A stretch of 51,430 nucleotides of DNA, counting the filler, from Malassezia furfur (Eukaryota), in NCBI GenBank assembly GCA_052055015.1. It is 2 parts of 2 records of this genome, joined end to end, with 100 filler letters (N's around TTAATTAATTAA, not from the genome) between each part and the next. Parts side by side here need not be neighbours in the genome. Positions count along the whole stretch, not along the records: positions 1 to 25,681 come from JBQJIT010000134.1; 1 more part is not named here. One strand, given 5' to 3'. Below, piece after piece: positions 1 through 10,203 of the stretch; position 1 is the stretch's first letter, and each line of letters starts with the position of its first letter. Made by a program: the position numbers and the translations under genes. Below the pieces are notes generated by a model. The model worked only from the letters and a program-made list of their open reading frames with translations, was not told the DNA's origin and ran no database searches.

Positions 1-1353
1 GTCCGACGGCGCGTCGTCCTCGGCGTCGCGCTGCACAAAGCGCGCGCGCGCGGCGACGACCGGCACGGCAAACACGTCGCCGCGGTGCAGCACGCGTGGG
101 CGGTGCTCGAGGTGCGCGCGCAACGCATCGAGGCACGCGGCCTCCAGTGCACGATCGGTCGAGAGCGGCGACGCAACGCGCGCAACGCTCAGCGTGTCGG
201 CGCGCGGCATCAGCGGCGGCTGTGCCGGCGTGCCGGCGAGCGCACGCACCTCGACGTCGCTCGCGTCGCGCAGCACCTCGACTTCGTCGGCGACGTGCGT
301 CGGCAGCGGCTGCAGCGCGACGTCGAGCGCGTCCGCCGACAGCGCCGCGTCGCCGGCCAGGTTCCACGCGAGCGTCGGCGGGATCGCCGCGTGCTCCGTG
401 CGGCCGGACACGACGCGCACGAGGCGCGGCGCTCGCGCGGCGTCCGGCACCTCGGCAAGGGCCCAGTCGCCGTTGAACGCCGCGAGACGCGCGAGCGCTG
501 CGTCGCTCACGAGCACGACACTCTCGGTGTCGATGTAGGTGTCGGTGCCCGTGGCCTTGTGCCAGTGTGCGATGGCGTCTTCCAGCACGCCGCGGTCCGC
601 GTCCAGCGCGACGCGCAGCACGGTGCGATGCGCGGTCACGGCGTGCGCCTCATCGTCGAGCGTCGCACGCGCGAGCGACCGCTCCAAGAAGGTCTCGTCG
701 AGCACGAGCTCGGCGTCGGGCGCCGGCGCTGCAGAAGCATCCGGCGCGGGCGCATGCGGCCCATGCGGTGCACCTGGCGGCGTCGCGCCGCCGTCCACTA
801 GGTAGAGTGCGGTGGTGCGTGCGTCGACGGCGCCCTGCGCGACCGGCTCCGTGTGCAGGCAGTGTGCGGCGCACGGCAGGCCCGGCGCGTGTATGGCGCC
901 GCCCGAGCGCACCATGTGCCCGTCGAGCTGAGCAAGGAGAGCGCGCGAGTCCTGGTGCTGCGTGTACGCCGTGTACGCGTCGTGCGGCAGCGTCAGGTAC
1001 ACACATGTGAGCGGCACCGGCTGGACGGCGCACACGGCGACCGACTCGGCGCCCTGGATGCTGCGCCAGGCGTGCGCGAGCGGCACAAACACGGCGAGCT
1101 CTCCGCGCTCGATGCCGAACGAGTCCTCCATCTCGGGCGGCGCCATGTGCGCCCAGGCGAGCGTGCCGGCCGCGAGAAGCGACGCGCGTTTTTCGCGGGC
1201 GTCCGCCGCGGACGCGACCGAGACGGCGAGCGGCGCGGCGCTCACCTCTCCGTGCCGGAGCACGTCGGCAAGCGACGCAGTGACGTACACATCGTCCCAC
1301 GCCACATCCTGCGCGAGCGTGTACGCGCGTGCGCGCACGTACGGCAAGGCCAT
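1..1353 (-). CDS. PEX6: Peroxisomal AAA-ATPase Pex6, N-terminal part (runs off the window edge)
   Basis: Open frame from ATG at 1353 to base 1 (absent from the ORF track because no stop lies in the window). MALPYVRARAY...; the segment VARVASPLSTDRALEAACLDALRAHLEHRPRVLHRGDVFAVPV resembles the fungal Pex6 N-domain. AAA domains not in window. Confidence 0.7.
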   Translation of the reverse strand, partial: MALPYVRARAYTLAQDVAWDDVYVTASLADVLRHGEVSAAPLAVSVASAADAREKRASLLAAGTLAWAHMAPPEMEDSFGIERGELAVFVPLAHAWRSIQGAESVAVCAVQPVPLTCVYLTLPHDAYTAYTQHQDSRALLAQLDGHMVRSGGAIHAPGLPCAAHCLHTEPVAQGAVDARTTALYLVDGGATPPGAPHGPHAPAPDASAAPAPDAELVLDETFLERSLARATLDDEAHAVTAHRTVLRVALDADRGVLEDAIAHWHKATGTDTYIDTESVVLVSDAALARLAAFNGDWALAEVPDAARAPRLVRVVSGRTEHAAIPPTLAWNLAGDAALSADALDVALQPLPTHVADEVEVLRDASDVEVRALAGTPAQPPLMPRADTLSVARVASPLSTDRALEAACLDALRAHLEHRPRVLHRGDVFAVPVVAARARFVQRDAEDDAPSD

Positions 1354-1364
1354 CGTGCGAAGCA

Positions 1365-1390
1365 AGCGCCACGTGTCGGCACGTGGCGCT
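1365..1390. promoter_or_regulatory. Inverted pair of CACGTG E-boxes in the 63-bp PEX6/STT3 divergent spacer
   Basis: AGCGCCACGTG-TCGG-CACGTGGCGCT is a perfect 11-bp inverted repeat. Confidence 0.5.
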
Positions 1391-1416
1391 GCACGCCCCG
1401 CGCACGCACGACGACG

Positions 1417-3660
1417 ATGAGCACGGTGCGAGGCGACCGCCTCGCGGACGCGGATGCGCGCGTGATGCTGTCGCTGCTGCGCACAGTCATCCTGATCATG
1501 ATCATTGGAGCCGCGGTGGCCTCGCGGCTGTTCGCGGTGGTGCGCTACGAGTCGATCATCCACGAGTTCGACCCGTGGTTCAACTACCGGGCGACCAAGG
1601 TGCTCACCAAGGACGGCTACTACCGGTTCTGGAACTGGTTCGACCCCACCGCGTGGTACCCACTCGGGCGCGCCGCGGGCGGCACCGTGTTCCCCGGCCT
1701 GATGATCACGAGCGGCACGCTGTACAACATCCTGCACTTTTTCAACATCCCCGTCAACATTCGCGACATCTGCGTGATGCTCGCGCCGCTGTTCAGCGGA
1801 TTCACGGCGCTCGCCGCATACGCCTTCACCAAGACGATGAAGGACGAGTCGGCCGGCCTGCTCGCCGCGCTGTTTGTCGGCATCGCGCCGGGCTACATCT
1901 CGCGCTCGGTCGCTGGCTCGTACGACAACGAGGCGATCGCCATCTTCCTGCTGCTCTTCACCTTCTACCTGTGGATCCGCGCGGTGAAGGACGGCAGTAT
2001 GCTGTACGGCGTCTTCACCGCGCTCTTCTACTTCTACATGGTTGCAGCGTGGGGCGGCTACGTGTTCATCACCAACATGATTCCGCTGCACGTGTTTGTG
2101 CTGTTGCTCATGGGTCGCTACAGCACGCGCGTGTACGTCGCCTACTCGTCGTTCTACGTGATTGGAACGCTGGCGAGCATGCAGATCCCCTTTGTTGGCT
2201 TCCAGCCCGTGCGCACCAGCGAGCACATGGCCGCGCTCGGCGTGTTTGGCCTGCTGCAGCTCGTGGCGCTCACCGAGCTGATGCGCTCGTACGTCAACAC
2301 GAGCCAGTTTAAGCTGCTCGTGCGCGCGTTTGTCGTGGTGGTCGCGGCACTCGCGTTTGCCGCGCTCGTCGCGCTGACGTACGGCGGGTACATCGCGCCG
2401 TGGACCGGCCGCTTCTACTCCCTCTGGGACACGGGCTACGCCAAGAAGCACATCCCGATCATCGCCTCGGTCTCGGAGCACCAGCCGCCCGCGTGGCCCG
2501 CGTACTTCATGGACCTGCAGGCGCTCATCGTCTTCTTCCCGGTGGGCGTCTTCTTCCTGTTCAAGCAGCTGCGCGACGAGCACGTGTTTGTGATCATCTA
2601 CGCGGTGATGGGCTCCTACTTCTCGGGCGTGATGGTGCGCCTGATGCTCACGCTCACACCGTGCGTGTGCGTGTGCGCGGCGGTCGCCGTCAGCACGCTG
2701 CTCGACACGTTTGCAACGCCGAACCCGCCACCGGCGCCGATGCCTTCGGCCACCAAGAAGAGCGCCAAGGGCAAGCGCGACGCCAGCGACGAGGTGCCCG
2801 ACGTGCCCGACGTGCCGCGCCGCGCGCCGCGCATCGCGTCGCTCGCGACGCGCGCGCTCGTGTTTGTGTCGATGCTCAGCATGCTGGTCCTGTTTGTGCT
2901 GCACTGCACCTACACGACCGCCTCGGCGTACTCGTCGCCATCGGTGGTGCTGGCCTCGTCGCGCCCGGACGGGAGCATGTCGATGATCGACGACTTCCGC
3001 GAGGCGTACTACTGGCTCCACGAAAACACCAAGCGCGACGCCAAAGTGATGAGCTGGTGGGACTACGGCTACCAGATCGCCGGGTTCGCCGACCGCCCGA
3101 CGCTCGTCGACAACAACACGTGGAACAACACGCACATTGCGACCGTCGGCCGCGCCATGGCGACGACTGAGGAAAAGGCGTACCCGATTCTACGCAAGCA
3201 CGACGTGGACTACATCCTGATCATCTTTGGTGGGCTCATCGGCTACAGCGGCGACGACCTCAACAAGTTCCTGTGGATGATCCGCATCTCGCAGGGCATC
3301 TGGCCCGAGGAGATCAACGAGAGCAAGTTCTTCACGCCCAACGGCGAGTACCGCGTCGACGACCAGGCCACGCCCACCATGCGCGAGAGCCTCATGTACA
3401 AGATGAGCTACTACCGCTTCAACGAGCTGTTCGGCGGCGGGCCAGCGACCGACCGCGTGCGCGGCTCGCGCGGGCCGTCCAAGTCGCCGGAGCTGAGCAT
3501 CCTCGACGAGGTGTTCACCTCGCAAAACTGGCTCGTGCGCATATACCAGGTGAAGAAGGAGGACCCACTCGCACGTCGCTTGGCGCGCGCTCGCGCATTT
3601 GAGCAGGGCGAGCGCCAAAAGCACGCCGAGTTTGCGACACACGGCAACGTCGTTTCCTAG
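1417..3660 (+). CDS. STT3: Oligosaccharyltransferase catalytic subunit STT3
   Basis: IIHEFDPWFNYR, GSYDNE, SVSEHQP, WWDYG and DNNTWNNTHIA motifs; multi-TM. Likely start ATG 1417 (MSTVRGD), not the ORF-track start. Confidence 0.97.
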   Translation: MSTVRGDRLADADARVMLSLLRTVILIMIIGAAVASRLFAVVRYESIIHEFDPWFNYRATKVLTKDGYYRFWNWFDPTAWYPLGRAAGGTVFPGLMITSGTLYNILHFFNIPVNIRDICVMLAPLFSGFTALAAYAFTKTMKDESAGLLAALFVGIAPGYISRSVAGSYDNEAIAIFLLLFTFYLWIRAVKDGSMLYGVFTALFYFYMVAAWGGYVFITNMIPLHVFVLLLMGRYSTRVYVAYSSFYVIGTLASMQIPFVGFQPVRTSEHMAALGVFGLLQLVALTELMRSYVNTSQFKLLVRAFVVVVAALAFAALVALTYGGYIAPWTGRFYSLWDTGYAKKHIPIIASVSEHQPPAWPAYFMDLQALIVFFPVGVFFLFKQLRDEHVFVIIYAVMGSYFSGVMVRLMLTLTPCVCVCAAVAVSTLLDTFATPNPPPAPMPSATKKSAKGKRDASDEVPDVPDVPRRAPRIASLATRALVFVSMLSMLVLFVLHCTYTTASAYSSPSVVLASSRPDGSMSMIDDFREAYYWLHENTKRDAKVMSWWDYGYQIAGFADRPTLVDNNTWNNTHIATVGRAMATTEEKAYPILRKHDVDYILIIFGGLIGYSGDDLNKFLWMIRISQGIWPEEINESKFFTPNGEYRVDDQATPTMRESLMYKMSYYRFNELFGGGPATDRVRGSRGPSKSPELSILDEVFTSQNWLVRIYQVKKEDPLARRLARARAFEQGERQKHAEFATHGNVVS

Positions 3661-3923
3661 ACAGACAATCTACCGTGTTTTTTTCTCCCCAAGGCCGCCG
3701 GCCACCCTTGCACAGCGTACAGGCCGTGCCCGTGCTGCTCTGCGGCACACGTCAGTGAGATGGCGCCCACCGCGCAGCGTGCGCTGCGTGTCGCCTCGCC
3801 ACACACGCAGCGCGTCGCGGGGCGCCAGAGCAAGGGCGCATGTGGGATCGCCGATCGCCGCGTGCGCCGCAGCCCACCACCTGAGCGACCGTCGGCTGCA
3901 TGGCGGCCGCCTCGTTCCGTGGG

Positions 3924-5352
3924 CTACAGCGGTACAGATTGGGTCGCGCCAAAGGGCACCGTACGTAGGAAGGCCGCAGGCAGGCGCTCCAACTCGAGCG
4001 CGTGCGCCAAGTCCTTGGGCGGATCGTCCCAGCGCTCGTCTGCATCGTTAGCCGCGCCCATGCGCGCCATACGTACCGCTCATACTCCACGTTCCCCAGT
4101 GCATTGCAAAGCTCGTGCGCGCGCCCACATCGCGCGCTACACACACCGAGCCATGCGGGTCCATGTGCTGCAGGCTGAGATGCCAGCGTGGCTCGTACGA
4201 TCCGATTGGGATCGTCGCCAGCGCAAACGGTCCGTACATGCGGCCCACCGCCTGGAACAGCGAGGGGCTGTAGCCCGAGTCGCCGCAGAAAAAGAGACGC
4301 GCGTCGGGCTCGTCGGCCGCTTCCACCTGCACTGCGTACGAGTTCCACAGCGACTTGTTGGTATCGAGCGGCGTGCGTGCACTCCAGTGGCTCGCGGGCA
4401 CCGCCGCGACGCGCAGCGTGCGCTCGGCAGAGCGCACACCGGCATCCGCCTGCACAGAGACGCGGAACGCCGACTGCGCCTCTTCCCACCAGCTCAGCTC
4501 GGTGATCTGTTCCGGACGCACCCCGCTGCGGACCAGCAGCGGCGCCACATTCTGCGGCACGATCCACCGCGTGCGGTGGGGGATGTGGGGGACGATAGAC
4601 AGGTCGAGATGGTCAAAGTGACTAGGTCAGACGCTCCACGTACTTGTGCGACACTAGCACCACGTCGACGTTGCGGATCTCGTCAATGGTGCACGGCATC
4701 GGCCGCATCCGCGTCGGGCTCAAAACACTCTCCAGCGGCTGCTTGCCAAACACAGGGTCCGTCAGCACCGTAAGGCCATGCATCTGAACCAAACAGGTGC
4801 TTTGCCCGATCCTACACAAGGTTAGTCGCCGCACCCACACACACACACGTACCACGTATAAGTAATCCCCGAGGCGGGCGCCGCAGGCTCCGTTCCCGAG
4901 CCCCACAGGCGCGCCGTGTCCAACTGCTGCACGGGCAGCAGTGCCTCAATTTTTTTGCGACCTTCTTCGGTCTTCTCGTCCTGCGCAAAGCCGCCATCCC
5001 AGCCAAAGCGGCCGTGGTACAACGCGGTGTGCACCACCTTCCACCACATCCACTCCCACATGCCCTGTTCGCGCCATTCCGGTGTCACGTTCAGGTATCG
5101 ACCGCAAAACCGGAGCGGTGCAAAGCGTGACATGATGTCGGCGCGCTCTTTCTCACTCGCACAGCCGAACCAAGCGGCATCCTTCTCATCGCCGCGCAAC
5201 TGCAGCGGGTGCTTGCGTTGACGCGCGCGCAGTGCGAGATGCCGGTGCGTCTCTTGGAATAGGTAAAATACACCCCAGGCACCTGCCCAGGCGCCTAGCG
5301 CATACCCGAGCGTACGGCCCGGCGACCGTCCCAGCGCACGCAGCACCTCCAT
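3924..5352 (-). CDS. FMP30: N-acyl-phosphatidylethanolamine phospholipase D (metallo-beta-lactamase fold, FMP30-like), 3 introns
   Basis: Splicing 4812-4852, 4622-4643 and 4040-4076 gives YTWIGQST, TDPVF, SHNHFDHLD, GDSGY, PIGSYEP, MHWGTW..DE..DPP; stop at 3924-3926. Confidence 0.88.
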
Positions 5353-5446
5353 CGACGACGTGAACAGTGCGGCGGGAAAATCGGCTCACCTAAGCCGGGG
5401 GCACGCGGCGTTTTGCCCCGCACAACCCCGCACGCATTAAAAAAAA

Positions 5447-5564
5447 TTCTCCCGCCGGGACTCGAACCCGGGACAACGGCGTTTCTATCCGCAGCGAAGC
5501 GGGCCGTCACAGGGGCTAGAACCTCTATAAGCACCGTGTCATAAACCAACTAGACGACAGGAGA
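5447..5564 (-). tRNA. tRNA-Ile(UAU) with 43-nt intron (5483-5525)
   Basis: Acceptor TCTCCTG/CGGGAGA-A; anticodon stem CGGTG/CGCCG with loop CT-TAT-A|A; T arm CCGGG-TTCGAGT-CCCGG; 75 nt mature; T8 Pol III terminator immediately downstream (5439-5446). Confidence 0.93.
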
Positions 5565-6344
5565 ACAAAATCACAAGGTTTGTCAAATGTGCTATCTTAA
5601 ACATGTGGACCGCGGCGGGGTTTCCCCAGCCCTGGTCCGGGGTTTCCGCGCACCGGCCACGCCATCACGTTGCCGACGAGCATGCTCTCATAAATTTAGC
5701 TAGTTGCAGTAGCATGGCTATGGGGGGTTGAGGCTGCGCACGGCAGCAGACGAGGCGCTCGCACCCTCAATTCAGCTCAGGCCGATTCCCCCAGCGCACG
5801 GGTAGACACCGGGTGCATTGTTAATCATCTGACACTCACGATATACTCCGCTTTCCGTATTCATCGAGTGGCGCATTACCCCTGAACGTCGCGCGTGGGA
5901 TTTTCATGCACGCTGTCACCTCCTGCTTTTGCTCGCACCTGCTCGGCGCCTTCTTGCCACGCCCCGCCCGGCCAGATGACAGCTACCAGGTAAGCCTCCA
6001 CATGTTACGTGCATAGACGCGCATGATCGTAGATGCAGAGTACTTTAAGGCGCGTCAGCCAAGGCCCAGGTCCTTGCGAAATTGTGCGCGCAACCCCACT
6101 CTAGCGACGTTTCGAGGAAGACACCCGTTCCTTTGGTCAACGCCCACCATTGCGACGCCAGCATGACTCAAGAGAGCCTTCATGGGCCGCACCGTGCGAT
6201 GAGGCGACGCTGGCGGGCTCCGCACAACCATGCAGCGCTCGATGCGCGCGCTGCGGGGGAGCGCACGTTCTTTGGAGGTTCGTTGCGCCATCATGCACTC
6301 ATGCAGAATACAACCCGCTCAGTGCCTTTACCATCGAGTCGGAT

Positions 6345-7787
6345 ATGTCTTCCTGGCGTCCTGCCGGTCAGACCTCCTCGCGTGGATCCAGCCGTGGCCA
6401 GCGCGGCTCGGATAGTAGTACGGACGCCGGAAACGACAGTAGCCGCGCCGGGAGCGGTCGCCGCTCGTCTTCGTCGTCCAGTCGTGCGACTCGGACCAGC
6501 TCATCGAGGAGCAGGGCAAGCCCGACATCGACAAGTTCCCAGGGCGGTGGTGCGCGCAGCTCCTCGTCCCGGCATCGCAGCAGCAGCCGGCGTAGCGGCA
6601 GCAACGATGACGACGACGACGATAACGACGACGACTCGACTAGCTCATACCCCAGCCTGTCGTCTGCTAACGACTTTGGCAGTGCGAGCACTGTGCAGTC
6701 CTTGACCCCAGTGTACGGTGTGAGCAGCAGCAGCTCCAGCGCTGTGCCGACGATCGCGGGAAACAATGCGTCGTCGTCAGGCACGGGCGTGGGCGGCAGT
6801 GACTTGAGTGTCGGAGCAGTGGTCGGCATCGCTGTGGGCGGTGCCGCTGGTCTGGCACTATTTGCCCTCATTGCGTTGCTGATTGCGCGGTGGGCCTCGA
6901 CCGAGCACGAAAAGCAGGAGCGGGAGATCATGCAGCAGCCCTACACCCCTCCGACCATGTCCGAGTACAACATGCCGCCGAACAACTCCAACCTCTCGTT
7001 TGCGCCCTCGTACGACCCGTATGCGGAGCCCATGCACCCGGCCACTTATGAGGGCTACTATGCGGGCAACGGCTATGCTTACCGCGACCCGATCAGTGAG
7101 GCCGCTGCGCAGATTCAAGTGCCTGCGCCGGTTGCGCAACCGGACATCAATGCGAGTTATGTGCCCGGCCAGCCGGTCGATGGGATGCAGGCGCAGGCGA
7201 TCGACGGGGCAGCTACGGTGCCCAAGCGACGCTTGCGGAAAAAACGCGAGTCGCGCGAGGACAACTGGGTCGACGCCGAAATTGACCCCGTGACTGACTA
7301 TGGTGCGGATCCATACCGCACCGCCGGTGTCGGGACGCAGTGGACATCGCCCGAGGAGATCGAAGCGCTGGCGCATCGCGCTCCCTCGGAGGGTCCGCAC
7401 AGTTTCCCGAGCAGCTCGGAACTCACGAGCGAAAAGCAAGACTATGACGATGAGGTGCCCGTGTACCAGCTCGACACGTCCTCCGAGCGGCGCCGGCGCC
7501 GGCGCCGGCGCGCGGCCAGCTCGCACCGCACACCCAACTCGGAGTGGAGTCAGGACATGCTGGATGCGGTGCCTGCATCGCAGGGATATTCGCGGAGTTT
7601 GTACGATGCTACGGAAGACACGACGACGTTGAGCGAACTGCCCTATGCCAAGTCGTCGACGCGCTCGCGGCGAGCGGCGCGCGACTTGAACCCAGCGCAC
7701 GACATTGATCTGGACGCGACGCTGGCTGTTGAGAACCTGCGTGCAGAGCGCGGGCACGCTCCACGCTCCCATCAGGACTTTTACTAG
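6345..7787 (+). CDS. Ser/Arg-rich single-pass membrane protein (Mid2/Skg6-like architecture), function unknown
   Basis: Ser-rich N-region, TM segment LSVGAVVGIAVGGAAGLALFALIALLIARW, Tyr/Pro-rich tail. Start uncertain: a possible 29-nt intron 6278-6306 (GTTCGT..CTCATGCAG) would extend it to ATG 6163. Confidence 0.65.
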   Translation: MSSWRPAGQTSSRGSSRGQRGSDSSTDAGNDSSRAGSGRRSSSSSSRATRTSSSRSRASPTSTSSQGGGARSSSSRHRSSSRRSGSNDDDDDDNDDDSTSSYPSLSSANDFGSASTVQSLTPVYGVSSSSSSAVPTIAGNNASSSGTGVGGSDLSVGAVVGIAVGGAAGLALFALIALLIARWASTEHEKQEREIMQQPYTPPTMSEYNMPPNNSNLSFAPSYDPYAEPMHPATYEGYYAGNGYAYRDPISEAAAQIQVPAPVAQPDINASYVPGQPVDGMQAQAIDGAATVPKRRLRKKRESREDNWVDAEIDPVTDYGADPYRTAGVGTQWTSPEEIEALAHRAPSEGPHSFPSSSELTSEKQDYDDEVPVYQLDTSSERRRRRRRRAASSHRTPNSEWSQDMLDAVPASQGYSRSLYDATEDTTTLSELPYAKSSTRSRRAARDLNPAHDIDLDATLAVENLRAERGHAPRSHQDFY

Positions 7788-7929
7788 TGAAATAGGATGA
7801 CCGTCTCCACCGAGACGAACCGTGCGGCGTGCGTGTGGGGAGGGGCAAGAAAGGGCGGCTGCGCCTCCACTCCGCACAAAACTTGGTGTCGGCCGAGACC
7901 CGGAGGGCCTCGGCGAGCGCGCAACGTCG

Positions 7930-10203
7930 ATGAGCGGCGGAAGTCCCTCGGGGATGAAGGACGACTCGCAGGATACGCCCGTGTCTGTGCCAGTCGACAA
8001 GGGCCTAGGCGGCTCAGCGCTATCGCAGCGTTTCCATTTCCGGCCATACGAGTCGGTGTCGGTGTCCGACAATGAGGAGCCCGATTTTGCCAACGAGGGG
8101 TCGTCGCAGCCCTTCCTGCAGCCCGGCGCGCCGCGCAGCATGACGATGCGCGACCGGCTGGGCACGCTGGGTATGATCCCTGTGCTGCTGCTGTACGTCG
8201 TGCACTGGGTGCTGCTGAAATGGAAGGCCATTGCGTTTGTGGTGACGCTCGGCCTGTCGGCGGCTCTGCTCATCTTCAACATGAGCCGCCCGGAATGGCG
8301 CGAGATGGCCTACTACCGGTATGTGGTATACTAATGCAACAGTGTGGACCCCAATGCGCGCGTTCCGCTTGATGCGCAGGGTGTGCCGATCTCGGTGCGC
8401 CCGTCGCACCCTATTATCCCCCCCAAGATGCACCAGTGCCCTGGTCCGCACGGCAAGGTGGTGCCGCTGTCGCCCACCGGGGCGCACCCCACGCCCGACA
8501 CACATCCCAAGGCGATCGTGGGCGACCACAAGCTCGTGGGTCTGGATGACGAGCAGTGCATCACGTACCGTGAGCGCTACGGCATGTACACCGACGAGGC
8601 GCTCAACATCACCTACCGGCTACCGGACGAGCTGCTTCCGCAGGCGAACGACCAGCTGATCTACGATGAGGACCCCGACAATCCGTTGCCTGTCGGCCAC
8701 AAAAAGGCGCGCACCGCCTCGGTGCAAGAGACGCGCGAGCGCCTCGGCTACGACCCCCTGCACGGGATGAAGCGCGACTTCAACGTGCCCACCAACGTTT
8801 GGGAGGACCGGTTGCGGGCGGACCTCGCGCGGTACAACACGCGTGATGCCGACGAGGTGTATGTGCCCGACTGGCGACAACTGATGGACAACTGCTACGC
8901 GCAGCGCCTTGCGGAGCGCGGCGTGAACAGCAGCGTGGCCGCCGGTGCCCCGAGCGAGACCAAGGCGCACACGTTCAGCACCGCACAGGCGGCGTGGGAC
9001 AGCGAGGCGACCAAGCTGCGCGGCACGGACCCCAAGACGAAGCGCACGGCGCTGGTGCTGCGCAGCTACGAGGGCTATCCGTGGCGCGAGGACGACATCC
9101 TCAACCTGCGTGCGCTTATCAGCGAGCTGTCCCTCAACAATCCCAACACGCCGTACGACATTCGAATCCTGGTCGAGGTGAAGAACCGCGACCTGAGCGT
9201 TTTTACGTCCGAGTGGGACCGGTACCGTGTGCTGGTCTCCTCGGTGCCGCGCGAGTTCTGGGGCCTGGTCGACTTCTGGACAGAAAAGGAGCTTGAGGTG
9301 CTGTATGCGGGTCTGCCTGGGCGCTTTATCAACAACATGATTGCGCAGACCTCGTACCGCTCGTGCCTGATGGCGCTGCAAAAGTTCTGGCTGGACCACC
9401 AGGAGTACGACTACGTGTACAACTGGGAGATGGACGTGCGCTACATCGGCAACTACCTCGACTTCTTTGAGGGGATCGAGGAATATTCGCGCCGCGAGCC
9501 GCTCGTGCCTGGCATGAACAAGTACGACACATGGTACGTGCGCAACGTGTCCAAGTCCGAGAGCAACTGGCTCAGCCCGCCGCTGGAGACGAGCGGCATG
9601 GGCGAGGAGGCCGACATGATCACGCTCGGCCCCATCTTTGACCCGCGCGGCTCGGGGTGGTACTGGACGCACGACGTGCAAAACTACCCGCGCGGGCGCG
9701 ACACGGACCGGCGCGCGTCGATCGGGACCAACATGCGCCTCTCGCGCGGCCTGCTGGAGGCGATGAACGTGGTCAACGCCGAGGCGAAAAAGTCGCTGCA
9801 CTGCGAGGCGTGGCCCACCACGCTGGTGCTCCACTCGCAGATGGAGCGCTCCGAGGACCACTCGTTCTACCCCACCGCGGGCTTCACGTACAGCCTGCCG
9901 CTGCCGTTCAAGGGCGTGTTCGCGCCGCACCCCATCTACTTCCGGCACGAATGGGACCCGCGCGAGCTGGAGCGCCTGCTCAACCGGCAAAACTTTTACA
10001 TGAAGAAGAACGAAAACCTCCACAAGGATTCGTCGTTCTACTACCACTCGCAGCACTCCAAGGAGTTGTACATGGGCTGGAAGGGCAGCGAGGACGTGTG
10101 CCGCGCCCCGTCGATGCTGCACCCGATCAAGCGCGTCGACTTTGTGCACGACCCAGCTACGACCACCACCACCACCACCACCGCGACCCCTAGCGCTCTG
10201 TAG
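7930..10203 (+). CDS. DUF3405-family type II membrane protein, 1 intron (8319-8342)
   Basis: N-terminal TM; 24-nt intron GTATGT..CTAATGCAACAG joins ORFs 7822 and 8344; RTALVLRSY..DDILNLRALISELSL, WEMDVRY, EEADMITLGPIFDP match my recollection of DUF3405. Confidence 0.8.

Noticed and set aside
5565..6340. Long spacer with a GTAAGC donor at 5990
   Set aside because: No coding frame joins to the downstream ORF and no snoRNA boxes or guides recognised; at most a 5'UTR intron
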